Position numbers and translations under genes: made by a program. The notes beneath the pieces are model-generated. The model ran no database searches. It was not told the origin of the DNA and saw only the letters and a list, made by a program, of their open reading frames with translations. From a virus (lineage: Duplodnaviria > Caudoviricetes): DNA of 64,000 nt. The first letter of the stretch is position 1, and each line of letters opens with the position of its first letter. Location of the stretch: the IMG/VR virus record IMGVR_UViG_2858943916_000002, positions 26,186-90,185 of that record. The stretch is one strand, 5' to 3'. Positions 53,018 through 61,775 of the stretch are shown piece after piece.

Positions 53018-53493
53018 CAGAGCGCCTCCTGCAATTTGCTGTCGCGCGCGGCGGACCAGCGTGTGTAAGCCCATTCCCAGGTCGCGCGCTTCTCGGCCTT
53101 GGTCAGGGTCATGCCCTGGTCAAGGCAGGCGTGGCAGCGCGCGCAGCCGGGAACGGTGTAGATGTCGGGGGCCTTGATGCCCATGCCCTTGCCGTAGTCG
53201 CTCCAGTTGGCGTGACACGGCACGACGGTGTCGCGCTCGCCACGGCAGACGCCCGGGATCTGGAGGAAGCAAGGTTCGCCGCGGCACGCGGCCAGGTACT
53301 TCGGTTCGTGGCCGGGGCGCTTCTTCGGCGCGCGGCGCTTGATGGCGGCACGCTGCAGCGTGGACTGCCGCGCCAGGCTGGCGCTGGAGCCGCTGGTGAG
53401 CCGGTCAACCCCGGCGAAGGCCTGGGGGGCTCGCCGGAATGCGGTGGCGCGCAGCGCGGTTTTGCGGGTCAGGGGTGCGGAGCGCTTGAGCAT
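53017..53493 (-). CDS. DUF1364-like Zn/nuclease-fold phage protein
   Basis: YLAA.RG..C....PG.C...TVV.CH.N...GKGMG.KA.D...GC..CH..LD. Confidence 0.78.
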   Translation of the reverse strand: MLKRSAPLTRKTALRATAFRRAPQAFAGVDRLTSGSSASLARQSTLQRAAIKRRAPKKRPGHEPKYLAACRGEPCFLQIPGVCRGERDTVVPCHANWSDYGKGMGIKAPDIYTVPGCARCHACLDQGMTLTKAEKRATWEWAYTRWSAARDSKLQEAL

Positions 53494-53951
53494 CACACCG
53501 CCTTCACTTCGAGATGCACGCCGCGCGCGGCAAAGTCGTCGCGCACCGCGTTCGCATACCTGGTCAGTTGGCTGGTGTTCATCCGGGACGTGACCGGGAA
53601 CACGCGCATGGCCAGCAGCTTTTTCTCGTAGGACAGCGGCTTGATGGCGCCGTCGTAGGCCTCGCGGAATTCTTCGTCCTCGGCGCGCAGGATCGGCACG
53701 CCGTGGTGCAGCTTGCAATAGCACCGCCACCCCTGCTTGTCGTCCTCGGGCAGGGCTTCGGCGATCTCGCCGTACCACGCATGGGAGAAGGCGTTCTGCG
53801 CACGCGTGCGCGGCTTCTGTAGCTCGCGCACCACCACCTCAAAGGGATGTTCAGCATCCAGGGGCAGGCTCGCCAGGAACGCCTGCGCCGCTTCCTGCTG
53901 GCTCGGGCCCAGCAGAATGAACTTCTTTGGGTTCAACAGGCGCTGGCGCAT
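53493..53951 (-). CDS. ninB: NinB/Orf-family recombination protein
   Basis: RT..QN...HAW...IA, TSRMN..Q...Y. Confidence 0.78.
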   Translation of the reverse strand: MRQRLLNPKKFILLGPSQQEAAQAFLASLPLDAEHPFEVVVRELQKPRTRAQNAFSHAWYGEIAEALPEDDKQGWRCYCKLHHGVPILRAEDEEFREAYDGAIKPLSYEKKLLAMRVFPVTSRMNTSQLTRYANAVRDDFAARGVHLEVKAV

Positions 53952-53953
53952 GG

Positions 53954-54265
53954 CTATGCCGCCCCGCACGTGCCCTGGCTCAGCCTGGCGCGGCAGCAGT
54001 TGGCGCCGATGGCATTGCCACGGGCCAGATAGTCCATGTACCACTGCTCGACGATCGACAGGCCGAACACCTCCAGGATGGCGTCCAACTGCTCCAGCTT
54101 GATGCCGGCGTTGTTGTTCAGTACCTGGGTGATCGACGATTCATCTTTCCAGCCAGCCGCCTGCATGACGTCGGCGCGCTTGGCCTTGGACATGGTGGTC
54201 AAGGCCTTGCGGATCAGGGTTTCGCCCTGAGGCTGTGATGCGGAGGGAATCTGAGGGGCGTTCAT
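53954..54265 (-). CDS. cII: CII-like transcriptional activator
   Basis: V..A.GW.D.S.I..V..N..GIKLE.L...L..FGL..V; position after cro. Confidence 0.7.
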   Translation of the reverse strand: MNAPQIPSASQPQGETLIRKALTTMSKAKRADVMQAAGWKDESSITQVLNNNAGIKLEQLDAILEVFGLSIVEQWYMDYLARGNAIGANCCRARLSQGTCGAA

Positions 54266-54915
54266 GAGGCTTCAACGCTGTTCAAGTGAAAGGGAATGCC
54301 GCTGAAAGCGCGGCTCGGCACACTGGCGGCATGAAAAATCTGACCGAAACCGAAAAGCTGCTCATCACCGCCCAGGACATGGCCCGGCGCACCTTCGTCG
54401 ACCCCAGCGAGGCCGCGGTGCTGGCCATCTTTGAAGAGCTGCGCGCCGAGCGCGACCGCATGGCATGGGCCACCGACGACCGCGCCGGCGCGACGGTGCA
54501 CTGAGCCATGTCCATCGAATTGGGCGCCCTGCCCCTTCCCCTTAAACTGGCGGCTCTCACACTCACCGTTCTTGGGAAAGGGGATGGGCATGGACTGGAA
54601 GTTCGCCTTAGGCACGCTGTTCGCCGCGCTGGGCGGCCTGTTCGCGCTGATGAATCGGCATCCGCGCGTGTACAAGGCAATCAGCAGTGTGCTGACCGAC
54701 ATCATTGGGTTCTTGGGCACTGCGTCGATGGGCCTGTACCTGGGCATACAACTCGCGATGGATCTCATCCGAGACTCAGCCGCAAAGCAGATGCCGGATA
54801 TCACCGCGGCGTCGGTCGGGCAGTTGATGGGGAGCGCCGAAAGAGCCCTCACCGTCTTCGGCTGGGCGACAGCACTCATCTTTGCGTTGTTCGTCGGGCA
54901 TCTGGTGTTCGGCAT
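54262..54915 (-). CDS. Antisense bridge ORF across cargo 54590..54964 and 54331..54504
   Basis: AGGAGG SD overlapping the upstream TAG, ATG 54915; ATGA overlap with cII. Confidence 0.45.
   Translation of the reverse strand: MPNTRCPTNNAKMSAVAQPKTVRALSALPINCPTDAAVISGICFAAESRMRSIASCMPRYRPIDAVPKNPMMSVSTLLIALYTRGCRFISANRPPSAANSVPKANFQSMPIPFPKNGECESRQFKGKGQGAQFDGHGSVHRRAGAVVGGPCHAVALGAQLFKDGQHRGLAGVDEGAPGHVLGGDEQLFGFGQIFHAASVPSRAFSGIPFHLNSVEAS
54331..54504 (+). CDS. 57-aa helical protein antisense to the PR operon
   Basis: MKNLTETEKLL..AQD.ARR.F.DPSEAAV...F.EL.AERDR.AW. Confidence 0.6.
   Translation: MKNLTETEKLLITAQDMARRTFVDPSEAAVLAIFEELRAERDRMAWATDDRAGATVH
54521..54594 (+). promoter_or_regulatory. 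74-bp cargo promoter/RBS element shared with prophage 1
   Basis: 67/74 identical to 11733..11806. Confidence 0.65.
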
Positions 54916-54964
54916 CCTGGCCCTCCTAGCGGTCAACGAAGAGGACAAGAAGGCCAAAGGCTGA
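54590..54964 (+). CDS. Three-TM membrane protein (cargo)
   Basis: Hydrophobic segments; starts at the ATG of the shared element. Confidence 0.7.
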   Translation: MDWKFALGTLFAALGGLFALMNRHPRVYKAISSVLTDIIGFLGTASMGLYLGIQLAMDLIRDSAAKQMPDITAASVGQLMGSAERALTVFGWATALIFALFVGHLVFGILALLAVNEEDKKAKG

Positions 54965-55084
54965 CGCCAGGCCGACATGGAAATGCCAGCGCGACCACCA
55001 CGTGGCGCGCGCGGTCGCCCAGCGGGCATACCGGACAAGCCATGCGTGACGAGCAGCGCGCCGAGCAAGCAATTCGACGAGCAT
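54926..55084 (-). CDS. 52-aa post-cro ORF (Arg/Trp-rich, hydrophobic end)
   Basis: TGATG overlap with the cro stop; MLVELLARRAARHAWL... Confidence 0.5.
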   Translation of the reverse strand: MLVELLARRAARHAWLVRYARWATARATWWSRWHFHVGLASAFGLLVLFVDR

Positions 55085-55335
55085 CACGCCGCCTCCTGCT
55101 GGGCCGGCGCGGGCTCGGGAAGTTCGGGCCAGATCTCGCGCCAGTCCTCACGCATGTCCTGCCGGGTGACGGCGCGGCCCGACTCCCGCTCAATTGCGAC
55201 GCAGAGCTTTTCGCCGGCGGTTCGTTGCCCGTACATGACGTTGCGAAGGAAGGGCCACGTCGTTCCGCAACTTGCGGCGAAGGCCTCCCTCTGAGGAAGG
55301 CTGAGGGGCTTGAGGAAGTCTTTGAGCTTGTCCAT
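55084..55335 (-). CDS. cro: Cro-like regulator
   Basis: FA..CGTT..FLRNV.YG.R, IERES..AVTR..MR.DW..IWPEL. Confidence 0.88.
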   Translation of the reverse strand: MDKLKDFLKPLSLPQREAFAASCGTTWPFLRNVMYGQRTAGEKLCVAIERESGRAVTRQDMREDWREIWPELPEPAPAQQEAA

Positions 55336-55346
55336 ATGCGCCATAT

Positions 55347-55412
55347 TACATCGTTTGATGAATGTAGCAAGCATCATTTGATGAATGGCGCTCGCTCTAA
55401 CCGTTTGATGTA
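55347..55412. promoter_or_regulatory. OR operators of prophage 2 (TACATCA-N2-TGATGTA type)
   Basis: tacatcgtttgatgaa 55347, agcatcatttgatgaa 55370, ctaaccgtttgatgta 55397. Confidence 0.8.
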
Positions 55413-55420
55413 ATTCGGCG

Positions 55421-56119
55421 ATGCCCAGCACCAACACTCAAGCAGACACCCGACGCGAGAATCTCCAGGCCCTTGTCGATACTTTTGGACAAGCAGCGGT
55501 CGCGCGCTATGTAGGGAAACCTGATCGACAGATCGCTGACATCCTCGCTGGCCGAAGATCGATGGGTGAAAAACTCGCGCGCATCATGGAGGCTAATTGG
55601 CTCCAGAGTCGAAACGAGCCACTGCATTTGGATATCGCACGACAGTCGGCAGTTAAGGAAGCACGTCTCGAAGCCAGGATTTCGCTCCTAGATGATGAAG
55701 TGCCCATTCCCCAGTTCGACACTGGCGGCAAGATGGGCGACGGCCTTGAGCTGCGTGACCAGCCTGGCATGATCAAGAGCTGGCGGGTGGACCTGGAGTG
55801 GCTGAACAAGAACGTGCGGGGCGCCACCGCGGCCGGCAACCTTTGCATCGTGACCGGCTTCGGCGATTCCATGCGCCCCATGTTCAATCCCGGCGACCCG
55901 TTGCTGGTCGACCGCGGCGTTGTCACGGCCGACTATGACGCGGTCTACTTCTTCCGGGTGGATGGCGAAGGATTCATCAAGCGCCTGCAGAAGATCCCAG
56001 GAAAGGGTCTCGTCGCCCTCTCTGAGAACCCCGCATACCAGGCCTGGGTCGTCGAACCCACCATGGATTTCGAGGTCTTCGGCCGCGTGCTGAAGGTGTG
56101 GCGTAGCGAGGATTTCTAG
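55421..56119 (+). CDS. cI: CI repressor with S24 (LexA-type) autopeptidase
   Basis: N-terminal HTH; GDSM.P catalytic Ser, IKRL Lys, V.GRV. Confidence 0.92.
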   Translation: MPSTNTQADTRRENLQALVDTFGQAAVARYVGKPDRQIADILAGRRSMGEKLARIMEANWLQSRNEPLHLDIARQSAVKEARLEARISLLDDEVPIPQFDTGGKMGDGLELRDQPGMIKSWRVDLEWLNKNVRGATAAGNLCIVTGFGDSMRPMFNPGDPLLVDRGVVTADYDAVYFFRVDGEGFIKRLQKIPGKGLVALSENPAYQAWVVEPTMDFEVFGRVLKVWRSEDF

Positions 56120-56189
56120 AGTGCGAGCGCCCAACGGCTGAACCACCCCAATTCTTCCTTGTGTCAGACCTTACCTACACTGATCCTAT

Positions 56190-56531
56190 ATGACGGAACA
56201 ACACAAGCCCGGCCCACCGCTAGGGCCTGATGTCGAGATGGTCTCTTATGACGACGCACTTCGATATCTTGGCGCCTTGGGCGTCAAGTCACTTTGTCCG
56301 GCGTGTGGACACGACGAAGCCGGCATACTCACCTCTAGTGATGATTCATCCGTGCGTTGTTTCTATCTAGGGACGAAGCTCTTCCACAGCGACTACTCTG
56401 TCAGTGGCAACCTGCCTGGTGTCGCCGTTTGGATGACTGACTGCATACAATGCGGGCACATGAGGCAGTTTGGTTATGGCCGATTGGTCGATTGGGTTCG
56501 AAACAATCCACACCAGGAGGAGGTCAAATGA
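56190..56531 (+). CDS. Zn-ribbon protein in the immunity region
   Basis: CPACG...CIQCG. Confidence 0.7.
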   Translation: MTEQHKPGPPLGPDVEMVSYDDALRYLGALGVKSLCPACGHDEAGILTSSDDSSVRCFYLGTKLFHSDYSVSGNLPGVAVWMTDCIQCGHMRQFGYGRLVDWVRNNPHQEEVK

Positions 56532-57001
56532 GCAGCGTCAAGCAAATGGCTTCCCACTGGTCCAAACAGCCCCCAATTCCGGGAGGAGGTGGAATTGCAA
56601 GTGGATCGTCTGGCGGCAATAATGGAGGCATGGACCGCCTTGATCACCTTGAAAAACGTGTCGATGACATCGACGGCCGCCTCGGCCGGATCGAGAAGGA
56701 CGTTGACACGCTGAAGGGTGACGTCAGCACCTTGAAGTCTGACGTTAGCTCGATCAAAACGACCCTCGCGAGCATTGACGCAAAGCTGGATATCAGCAGC
56801 ATCCGCGCATCCGTCGAAAAAGCCCACACCGACATTTACAAGTGGATCGTCAGCATCATTGCAGTCGTGGGTGCGATCTACTTCGGTATCCAACGCCTGG
56901 CACCAGCCATGCCGCAACAAGGATATCCTCAGGCCGTCACGCCTATCGCGCCGCAGCCGGCGCCAGCCCCTTCCCCCGCACAGCCGCCCCAGGCCAAGTA
57001 G
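56528..57001 (+). CDS. Coiled-coil protein with a C-terminal TM anchor
   Basis: Heptads LEKRVDDIDGRLGRIEKDV..., KWIVSIIAVVGAIYF; ATGA-coupled to the previous gene. Confidence 0.72.
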   Translation: MSSVKQMASHWSKQPPIPGGGGIASGSSGGNNGGMDRLDHLEKRVDDIDGRLGRIEKDVDTLKGDVSTLKSDVSSIKTTLASIDAKLDISSIRASVEKAHTDIYKWIVSIIAVVGAIYFGIQRLAPAMPQQGYPQAVTPIAPQPAPAPSPAQPPQAK

Positions 57002-57028
57002 CCAGCACCGCTACCGCAGCACAGAGAC

Positions 57029-57051
57029 AGCCCGCCCCGAGCGGGCTTTTT
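57029..57051 (+). terminator. Terminator of the cI operon
   Basis: AGCCCGC/GCGGGCT stem plus T5. Confidence 0.8.
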
Positions 57052-57056
57052 CATGC

Positions 57057-57560
57057 CTACTTGAGCGGCTGCCAACGGGGATCTGGGCCGTATCGGCAGT
57101 CATAGTCCACAGCGCGTGTTAGCTGTTGCGAAGGCAGCGCCAGCGCCCACGGTTCGAAGTAGGTAGTGTTCACGACGCTCTTGAGAGTCTTCTCATCGAC
57201 CTTCAACCATTTCTCTGCCTTGAGCTGTGCTAACGCACTCGCGGGCGGCTGTCTGTTGTCTCTCGATATGCTGGCCAGCATGTACGCGGAGCTGTATCGC
57301 CTACACCCGTCAAAAAGCCGGCTCAATGCCTCCCCTGGATTCAGCCCTGCCGCTGTCAGCTTCTTCTCGTACTCAGCAACGCGGGGGCATTCCTCGTTCG
57401 CTATCTTCGATCCCGCTCCATGTGTCGAACAGAGCCCTTGCGATCGCGCATATTGCTGCACGAGCTCATGCGTTTGCTGTGGCGTGAGCGCTGAATTACC
57501 TGCTACGGCGTGGGCCCCTAGGCCCCATAGCACGACAACATACCCGGCATGCAGCTTCAT
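57057..57560 (-). CDS. Predicted secreted/periplasmic protein with Cys pairs
   Basis: Signal-peptide-like N-terminus (...AHAVAG), four Cys. Confidence 0.65.
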   Translation of the reverse strand: MKLHAGYVVVLWGLGAHAVAGNSALTPQQTHELVQQYARSQGLCSTHGAGSKIANEECPRVAEYEKKLTAAGLNPGEALSRLFDGCRRYSSAYMLASISRDNRQPPASALAQLKAEKWLKVDEKTLKSVVNTTYFEPWALALPSQQLTRAVDYDCRYGPDPRWQPLK

Positions 57561-57671
57561 CTCTGACCTCCCTCCTGGCTTGCAAGATTAGCAGGCCACA
57601 ACACTCAACGCCTGTCCGCAGCTCCCGCGCGCATGCCAGGGACGGCCTTTTCTACGCCTGTTACAAAAAAG

Positions 57672-57712
57672 ATCATCATTTGATGTAGACGGCAAATACA
57701 TCATCTGATGTA
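57672..57712. promoter_or_regulatory. OL operators / PL of prophage 2
   Basis: atcatcatttgatgta 57672 and tacatcatctgatgta 57697. Confidence 0.82.
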
Positions 57713-57758
57713 ATGTCTCCCAACACCCCACCACCCGGTGGGAAACAGGGAGAAGACC

Positions 57759-58349
57759 TTGAAACACGAGATCAAGAACCGCTGGACCGGCGCCGTGCTC
57801 TTCACGGCTGATGTGCCCGAGGGCACCGAGAGCGGGCTGATTGCTCGTGTCGCGCTGGAGCAGGCTGTGGCGCGCGGTGCCGACCTGCGCGGCGCCAACC
57901 TGGGCGGTGCCTACCTGCGCGATGCCTACCTGCGCGGCGCCAACCTGGGCGGCGCCAACCTGGGCGGTGCCGACCTGCGCGGCGCCAACCTGGGCGGTGC
58001 CGACCTGCGCGGCGCCAACCTGGGCGGTGCCTACCTGCGCGATGCCTACCTGCGCGGTGCCGACCTGGGCGAGCTCAGCAGCATTTGGGGCGCCAGCGGC
58101 AACCTCCGCGAACTTAAGGCCGTCCAGTGCGACACCTGGCCTGTGTCCTACACCGCCACGCACATGCAGATCGGCTGCCAGTTCCACACGTTGGAAGCGT
58201 GGTGGTCGTTCACGGACGAGCAGATCGCGCGCATGGATTCGTCGGCGCTGGCGTGGTGGCAGAAGTGGAAGCCGGTGCTGCACACGATCGTCACGATGTC
58301 GCCGGCCGTGCCTGGCGGCGAGAAGCCGGCCGAGCAGCAGGCCGCCTGA
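57759..58349 (+). CDS. Pentapeptide-repeat protein
   Basis: 13 (G/D)A(D/N/Y)L(R/G) repeats between an IKNRWTG.VLF head and a H.QIGC..H...W tail; TTG start with GGAG. Confidence 0.88.
   Translation: MKHEIKNRWTGAVLFTADVPEGTESGLIARVALEQAVARGADLRGANLGGAYLRDAYLRGANLGGANLGGADLRGANLGGADLRGANLGGAYLRDAYLRGADLGELSSIWGASGNLRELKAVQCDTWPVSYTATHMQIGCQFHTLEAWWSFTDEQIARMDSSALAWWQKWKPVLHTIVTMSPAVPGGEKPAEQQAA
57876..58070 (+). repeat. 13 x 15-bp tandem repeat array
   Basis: Five unit types in the order A B C D B B A B A B C D E; the 60-bp ABCD block occurs twice exactly. Confidence 0.92.
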
Positions 58350-58390
58350 CCTTCCCCACCCGCCCCGGGTGCCGGGGCAAGGAGACCACC

Positions 58391-58615
58391 ATGGACACCC
58401 CCAACAAGCCGAACGCGACGCCCGACGAGATCGTCAGCGAAATGCTGGTGACCGGCGGACGGTTCGCCAAGCAATTGGCGCTGCTCTGGCGCGCGGCAGA
58501 CCCCGTCAACCAGCTGTTGATCGCCGCCACGTGGCCCGGCATGTTCGCCGAGTACGCCACCGCCGTGCACTACCGCAAGATGGCCGTCGAGGCCGACCGC
58601 GCGTCGAGGAACTGA
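58391..58615 (+). CDS. Phage hypothetical protein
   Basis: GG.FAK.LA.LW..ADP.N; GGAGACCACCATG start. Confidence 0.72.
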   Translation: MDTPNKPNATPDEIVSEMLVTGGRFAKQLALLWRAADPVNQLLIAATWPGMFAEYATAVHYRKMAVEADRASRN

Positions 58616-58617
58616 CC

Positions 58618-58980
58618 ATGGGTGCCTATCACGCAGAACTGATGGACGACCTGCTGCGGGTCGCGCCGCCCTACTCCCTGCCGCGCGAGCCCGACGAGGA
58701 CGCGCCGGTGGTGACGCAGGCGCAGGCCGTGGCGGCCGTGGTGGCCTGCCTGTCGAACGAAACGCCGACGGCCTACGGGCTGACGGCGGCCGACTGGGCG
58801 GAACACCTGATGGACGAGCTGGCCGACAACCCCGGCGCCGTGTTGCTGGTGCTGCTGATCGGCTCCAGCGTGCCGAGCGTGGGCGTGTTCCTGGCCGGCC
58901 ACCTGGGCAACTGCATCGAGGGCCTGGCCAACCGCCAGCTGGCCGAGATGGACCCGGACGAAGCCGAGGCGTGCCTGTGA
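58618..58980 (+). CDS. Phage hypothetical protein
   Basis: Acidic 120-aa ORF in the PL operon. Confidence 0.68.
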   Translation: MGAYHAELMDDLLRVAPPYSLPREPDEDAPVVTQAQAVAAVVACLSNETPTAYGLTAADWAEHLMDELADNPGAVLLVLLIGSSVPSVGVFLAGHLGNCIEGLANRQLAEMDPDEAEACL

Positions 58981-59078
58981 TCGCCGTCGCCGCCTTCACC
59001 CTGTGCGGCCTGCTTGCCGCGTACCCCATGGGCCTGCTGGGCGACGCCTGGATGGCCTTTCTGAGGAAGTCAGCATGA
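58977..59078 (+). CDS. 33-aa hydrophobic microprotein (homolog of 14206..14307)
   Basis: MIAVAAFTLCGLLAAYPMGLLGDAWMAFLRKSA; GTGA/ATGA overlaps. Confidence 0.65.
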   Translation: MIAVAAFTLCGLLAAYPMGLLGDAWMAFLRKSA

Positions 59079-59293
59079 ACGAGATCAACGACGGCGGTGC
59101 GGCCTTCCCCCTCAGCCGCACCAGCAGCATCAGCAAGAACTACGAGGGCATGACCCTGCGCGACTACTTCGCGGCAAAGGCCATGCAGGGCGAGCTTGCT
59201 GCTTGCGTGGAAAAGCGGCCGGATCCGGCTGAATCCGCCAAGTTTGCCTACGCCATCGCCGACGCCATGCTGGCCGCGCGAGGTGCCCAATGA
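59075..59293 (+). CDS. Conserved small phage protein
   Basis: DGG.AFP, GMTLRDYFAAKAMQ, AY..ADAML.AR. Confidence 0.82.
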   Translation: MNEINDGGAAFPLSRTSSISKNYEGMTLRDYFAAKAMQGELAACVEKRPDPAESAKFAYAIADAMLAARGAQ

Positions 59294-59493
59294 GCGAAAT
59301 GATCGAAGCATACAAGGCGCTCAAGGACTACAGGAAGGCGGTGCGCGCCAAGTATGGGGTGAAGTGCCCAGCCTGCGCCATCGCTCGGCCCAAAGCCCCT
59401 GCCAGCATCCTGATTCCGCAGCAGCGCTGCCGCGTCGACGGCTACCGCGACCCGCGCCCTGAACTCACTGACGAGCAATGGGGAAGCGCATGA
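59290..59493 (+). CDS. Small Cys-containing phage protein
   Basis: CPAC...R.....L.PQ..C..DGY.DPR. Confidence 0.7.
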   Translation: MSEMIEAYKALKDYRKAVRAKYGVKCPACAIARPKAPASILIPQQRCRVDGYRDPRPELTDEQWGSA

Positions 59494-59657
59494 TCCGCCG
59501 CCTCCTGCGCGCCCACGGCGACCTGCTGCTCGGCGCCGCAGCCCTCTGCGCCGGCGTCTTCATGGCCTGCGTGCTTGGCCCGACGCTCGACGCCCAATCC
59601 ACCCTCACCGCCTGCGAAGGCTGCGGCAAGACCGCCGTGGCCGCGCGCCAACCCTGA
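59490..59657 (+). CDS. Small single-TM phage protein (homolog of 14304..14501)
   Basis: MIRRLL...TM...GPTLDA. Confidence 0.62.
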   Translation: MIRRLLRAHGDLLLGAAALCAGVFMACVLGPTLDAQSTLTACEGCGKTAVAARQP

Positions 59658-59669
59658 GAGACCACCACC

Positions 59670-60830
59670 ATGACCGAAGTTGTAGACGAAGTGCTCGACG
59701 CACCCGCCGCGATCATCGAATTCAACGCCGTGCAGAAGGGCCTGGCCGAACTGCGCCAGGAGCTGGCCGGCGTGCAGTTCGACGTCACCACCACGGCCGG
59801 CGACAAGGCCGCCCGCGCCGCGCGCGCCCGCTGCGTCAGCATCCGCACGTCGGCCGATGCCGCCTATGAAGGCTGGAACAAGCCGATGCTGGCCAAGCAG
59901 CGCGAGATGCGCGCCATCCTGGCCAAGATCAAGGACGAGGTAAAGGCAGTTGAAGAGCCGATCGACGCGCAGATCAAGGCCGAAGAGGCGCGCAAGGCCG
60001 AAATCAAGGCGGCGAAGGAAGCGGCCGAACTGGCGCGCCAGCAGGCCATCCAGTCGCGGATCAACGCCATCAGCCAGTACCCGGTGCAGGCCGCGGGCAA
60101 GAGCGCCGCCGATATCGCCGCGCTGTTGGCCGCTGTTGCCGAGCTGCCCATCACCACCGAGCTGTACGAACATCGCGCCGGCGAGGCCATGGCCCTGCAG
60201 GCGGACACCGTCGCCAAGCTGGAACAAATGCACGGCGCCGCGCTCGCGCAGGAACAGGAAGCCGCGCGCCTGGCCGCCGAGCGGGCGGAGCTGGAGCGTC
60301 AGCGCCTGGAGCAAGAAGCGGCCGCTGCCGCCGCGCGCAAGGCCGAGGACGAGCGCCTGGCCAAGGAGCGCGCCGAGTTGGAAGAGCAGCAGCGCCGCCT
60401 GCAGGCCGAGCGCGACGCCGAGAACGCCCGCCAAGAAGCCGCGCGCGCCGAGCAGGCTCGCAAGGATGCCGAAGCCGCGGCGGCGCTCAAGCGCCAGCAG
60501 GATGAGGCCGCCGCCGCGCTGCGCGCCCAGCAGGAAGAAATCGACCGCCAGCGCCGCGAGTTCGAAGAGCAGCAGGCCGCCGCGCGCCGCGCCGAGCAGG
60601 AACGCGCCGAAGCCGAGGCCCGCGCCCAGCAGGAGAAGGAAGCCGCCGCGCGCGCCGAGCGCCAGGCAGAACTGGACCGCCTGCACCGCGCAGCGCCGGA
60701 GATGCTGGATGCCCTGATGCAGTGGCGCGCCGCTGAACGCGACGGCGACGAGGAAGAACTGAAGCACGCCCGCGTCGCGCGCGACGAGGCTATCGCTGCC
60801 GCTACGCAGCCCGAAGTTACCCCCGCCTAA
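59670..60830 (+). CDS. Long coiled-coil phage protein
   Basis: I.EFN....LAEL N-terminus, I..IE.PID.QIK, E/A/R/Q-rich tail. Confidence 0.8.
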   Translation: MTEVVDEVLDAPAAIIEFNAVQKGLAELRQELAGVQFDVTTTAGDKAARAARARCVSIRTSADAAYEGWNKPMLAKQREMRAILAKIKDEVKAVEEPIDAQIKAEEARKAEIKAAKEAAELARQQAIQSRINAISQYPVQAAGKSAADIAALLAAVAELPITTELYEHRAGEAMALQADTVAKLEQMHGAALAQEQEAARLAAERAELERQRLEQEAAAAAARKAEDERLAKERAELEEQQRRLQAERDAENARQEAARAEQARKDAEAAAALKRQQDEAAAALRAQQEEIDRQRREFEEQQAAARRAEQERAEAEARAQQEKEAAARAERQAELDRLHRAAPEMLDALMQWRAAERDGDEEELKHARVARDEAIAAATQPEVTPA

Positions 60831-60872
60831 CCCATCCACTACGCCCGGCCGAGTCTCGGGCAGGAGACCACC

Positions 60873-61775
60873 ATGTCTGACACCACCACGATCGACCAAC
60901 AACCCACCACCGCCCTGGACCTGCCGGCGGCGAACACCAGCACCAGCGGCTTGGTGCTGCACGCCGACAACATGGAGGCCATGATGCGCGCGGCCGAGAT
61001 GATGGCGGCGGGCCGCGCCACCGTGCCCAAACACCTGCAGGGCAACCCGTCCGACTGCATGGCCGTGATCATGCAGGCGATGCAGTGGAACATGAACCCG
61101 TTTGTGGTGGCCCAGAAAACCCACCTGGTGAACGGCACGCTTGGCTACGAGGCGCAACTGGTCAACGCGGTGGTGCAGTCGTCCGGCGCCATCGCCGGCC
61201 GGTTCCACTACGAATACAAGGGCGACGGCAACACCCTGGAATGTCGCGTGGGCGCCGTAATCGCCGGCGAGGCGGATATCACCTGGAGCGAATGGCTCAA
61301 GATTTCCGACGTCACCACGAAGAATTCGCCGCTGTGGAAGACCAATCCGCGCCAGCAGATGGGTTACCTGCAGGTGAAGAACTGGACCCGCGCTTACACC
61401 CCTGGCGCGCTGCTGGGCGTGTACACGTCCGACGAGCTGATCGATGCGCAACCGCGCGAGCGCGATATCACGCCGAAGACCGCCGCCGAATTCGCTCAGG
61501 CCGCGAAGCCGCAGCCGGCGGTGCAGGTCGACCGCGACCAGATCATCCGCGACCTGGAAATGATCGCGCGCAGCAATGATCCCGCCGAGAAGCGCACCGC
61601 AGACCTGACCGCGGCCTGGATGGCGCTGGGCAAAGATGGCCGCGCCGCCGTTGGCAAGAACGAGATCACCCGCATCGAGGCCCTGGCCAAAGCCGAGGAC
61701 GCGGCGCCCGCGCAGCCCAGCCCCCAGGATAAGCCGGGCGCCGGCGACAACCCCTTCGAGGGTGTGCAGGAATGA
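60873..61775 (+). CDS. recT: RecT-family single-strand annealing protein
   Basis: VPKHL.G.PSDC.AV..QA.QW.MNPF.VAQKT..VNG.LGYEAQLVNAV, W...P.QQ..Y...K.W.R. Confidence 0.85.
   Translation: MSDTTTIDQQPTTALDLPAANTSTSGLVLHADNMEAMMRAAEMMAAGRATVPKHLQGNPSDCMAVIMQAMQWNMNPFVVAQKTHLVNGTLGYEAQLVNAVVQSSGAIAGRFHYEYKGDGNTLECRVGAVIAGEADITWSEWLKISDVTTKNSPLWKTNPRQQMGYLQVKNWTRAYTPGALLGVYTSDELIDAQPRERDITPKTAAEFAQAAKPQPAVQVDRDQIIRDLEMIARSNDPAEKRTADLTAAWMALGKDGRAAVGKNEITRIEALAKAEDAAPAQPSPQDKPGAGDNPFEGVQE

Noticed and set aside
59442-61451. 669-aa minus-strand ORF
   Set aside because: Shadow of the low-complexity coiled-coil and RecT genes in very GC-rich sequence.
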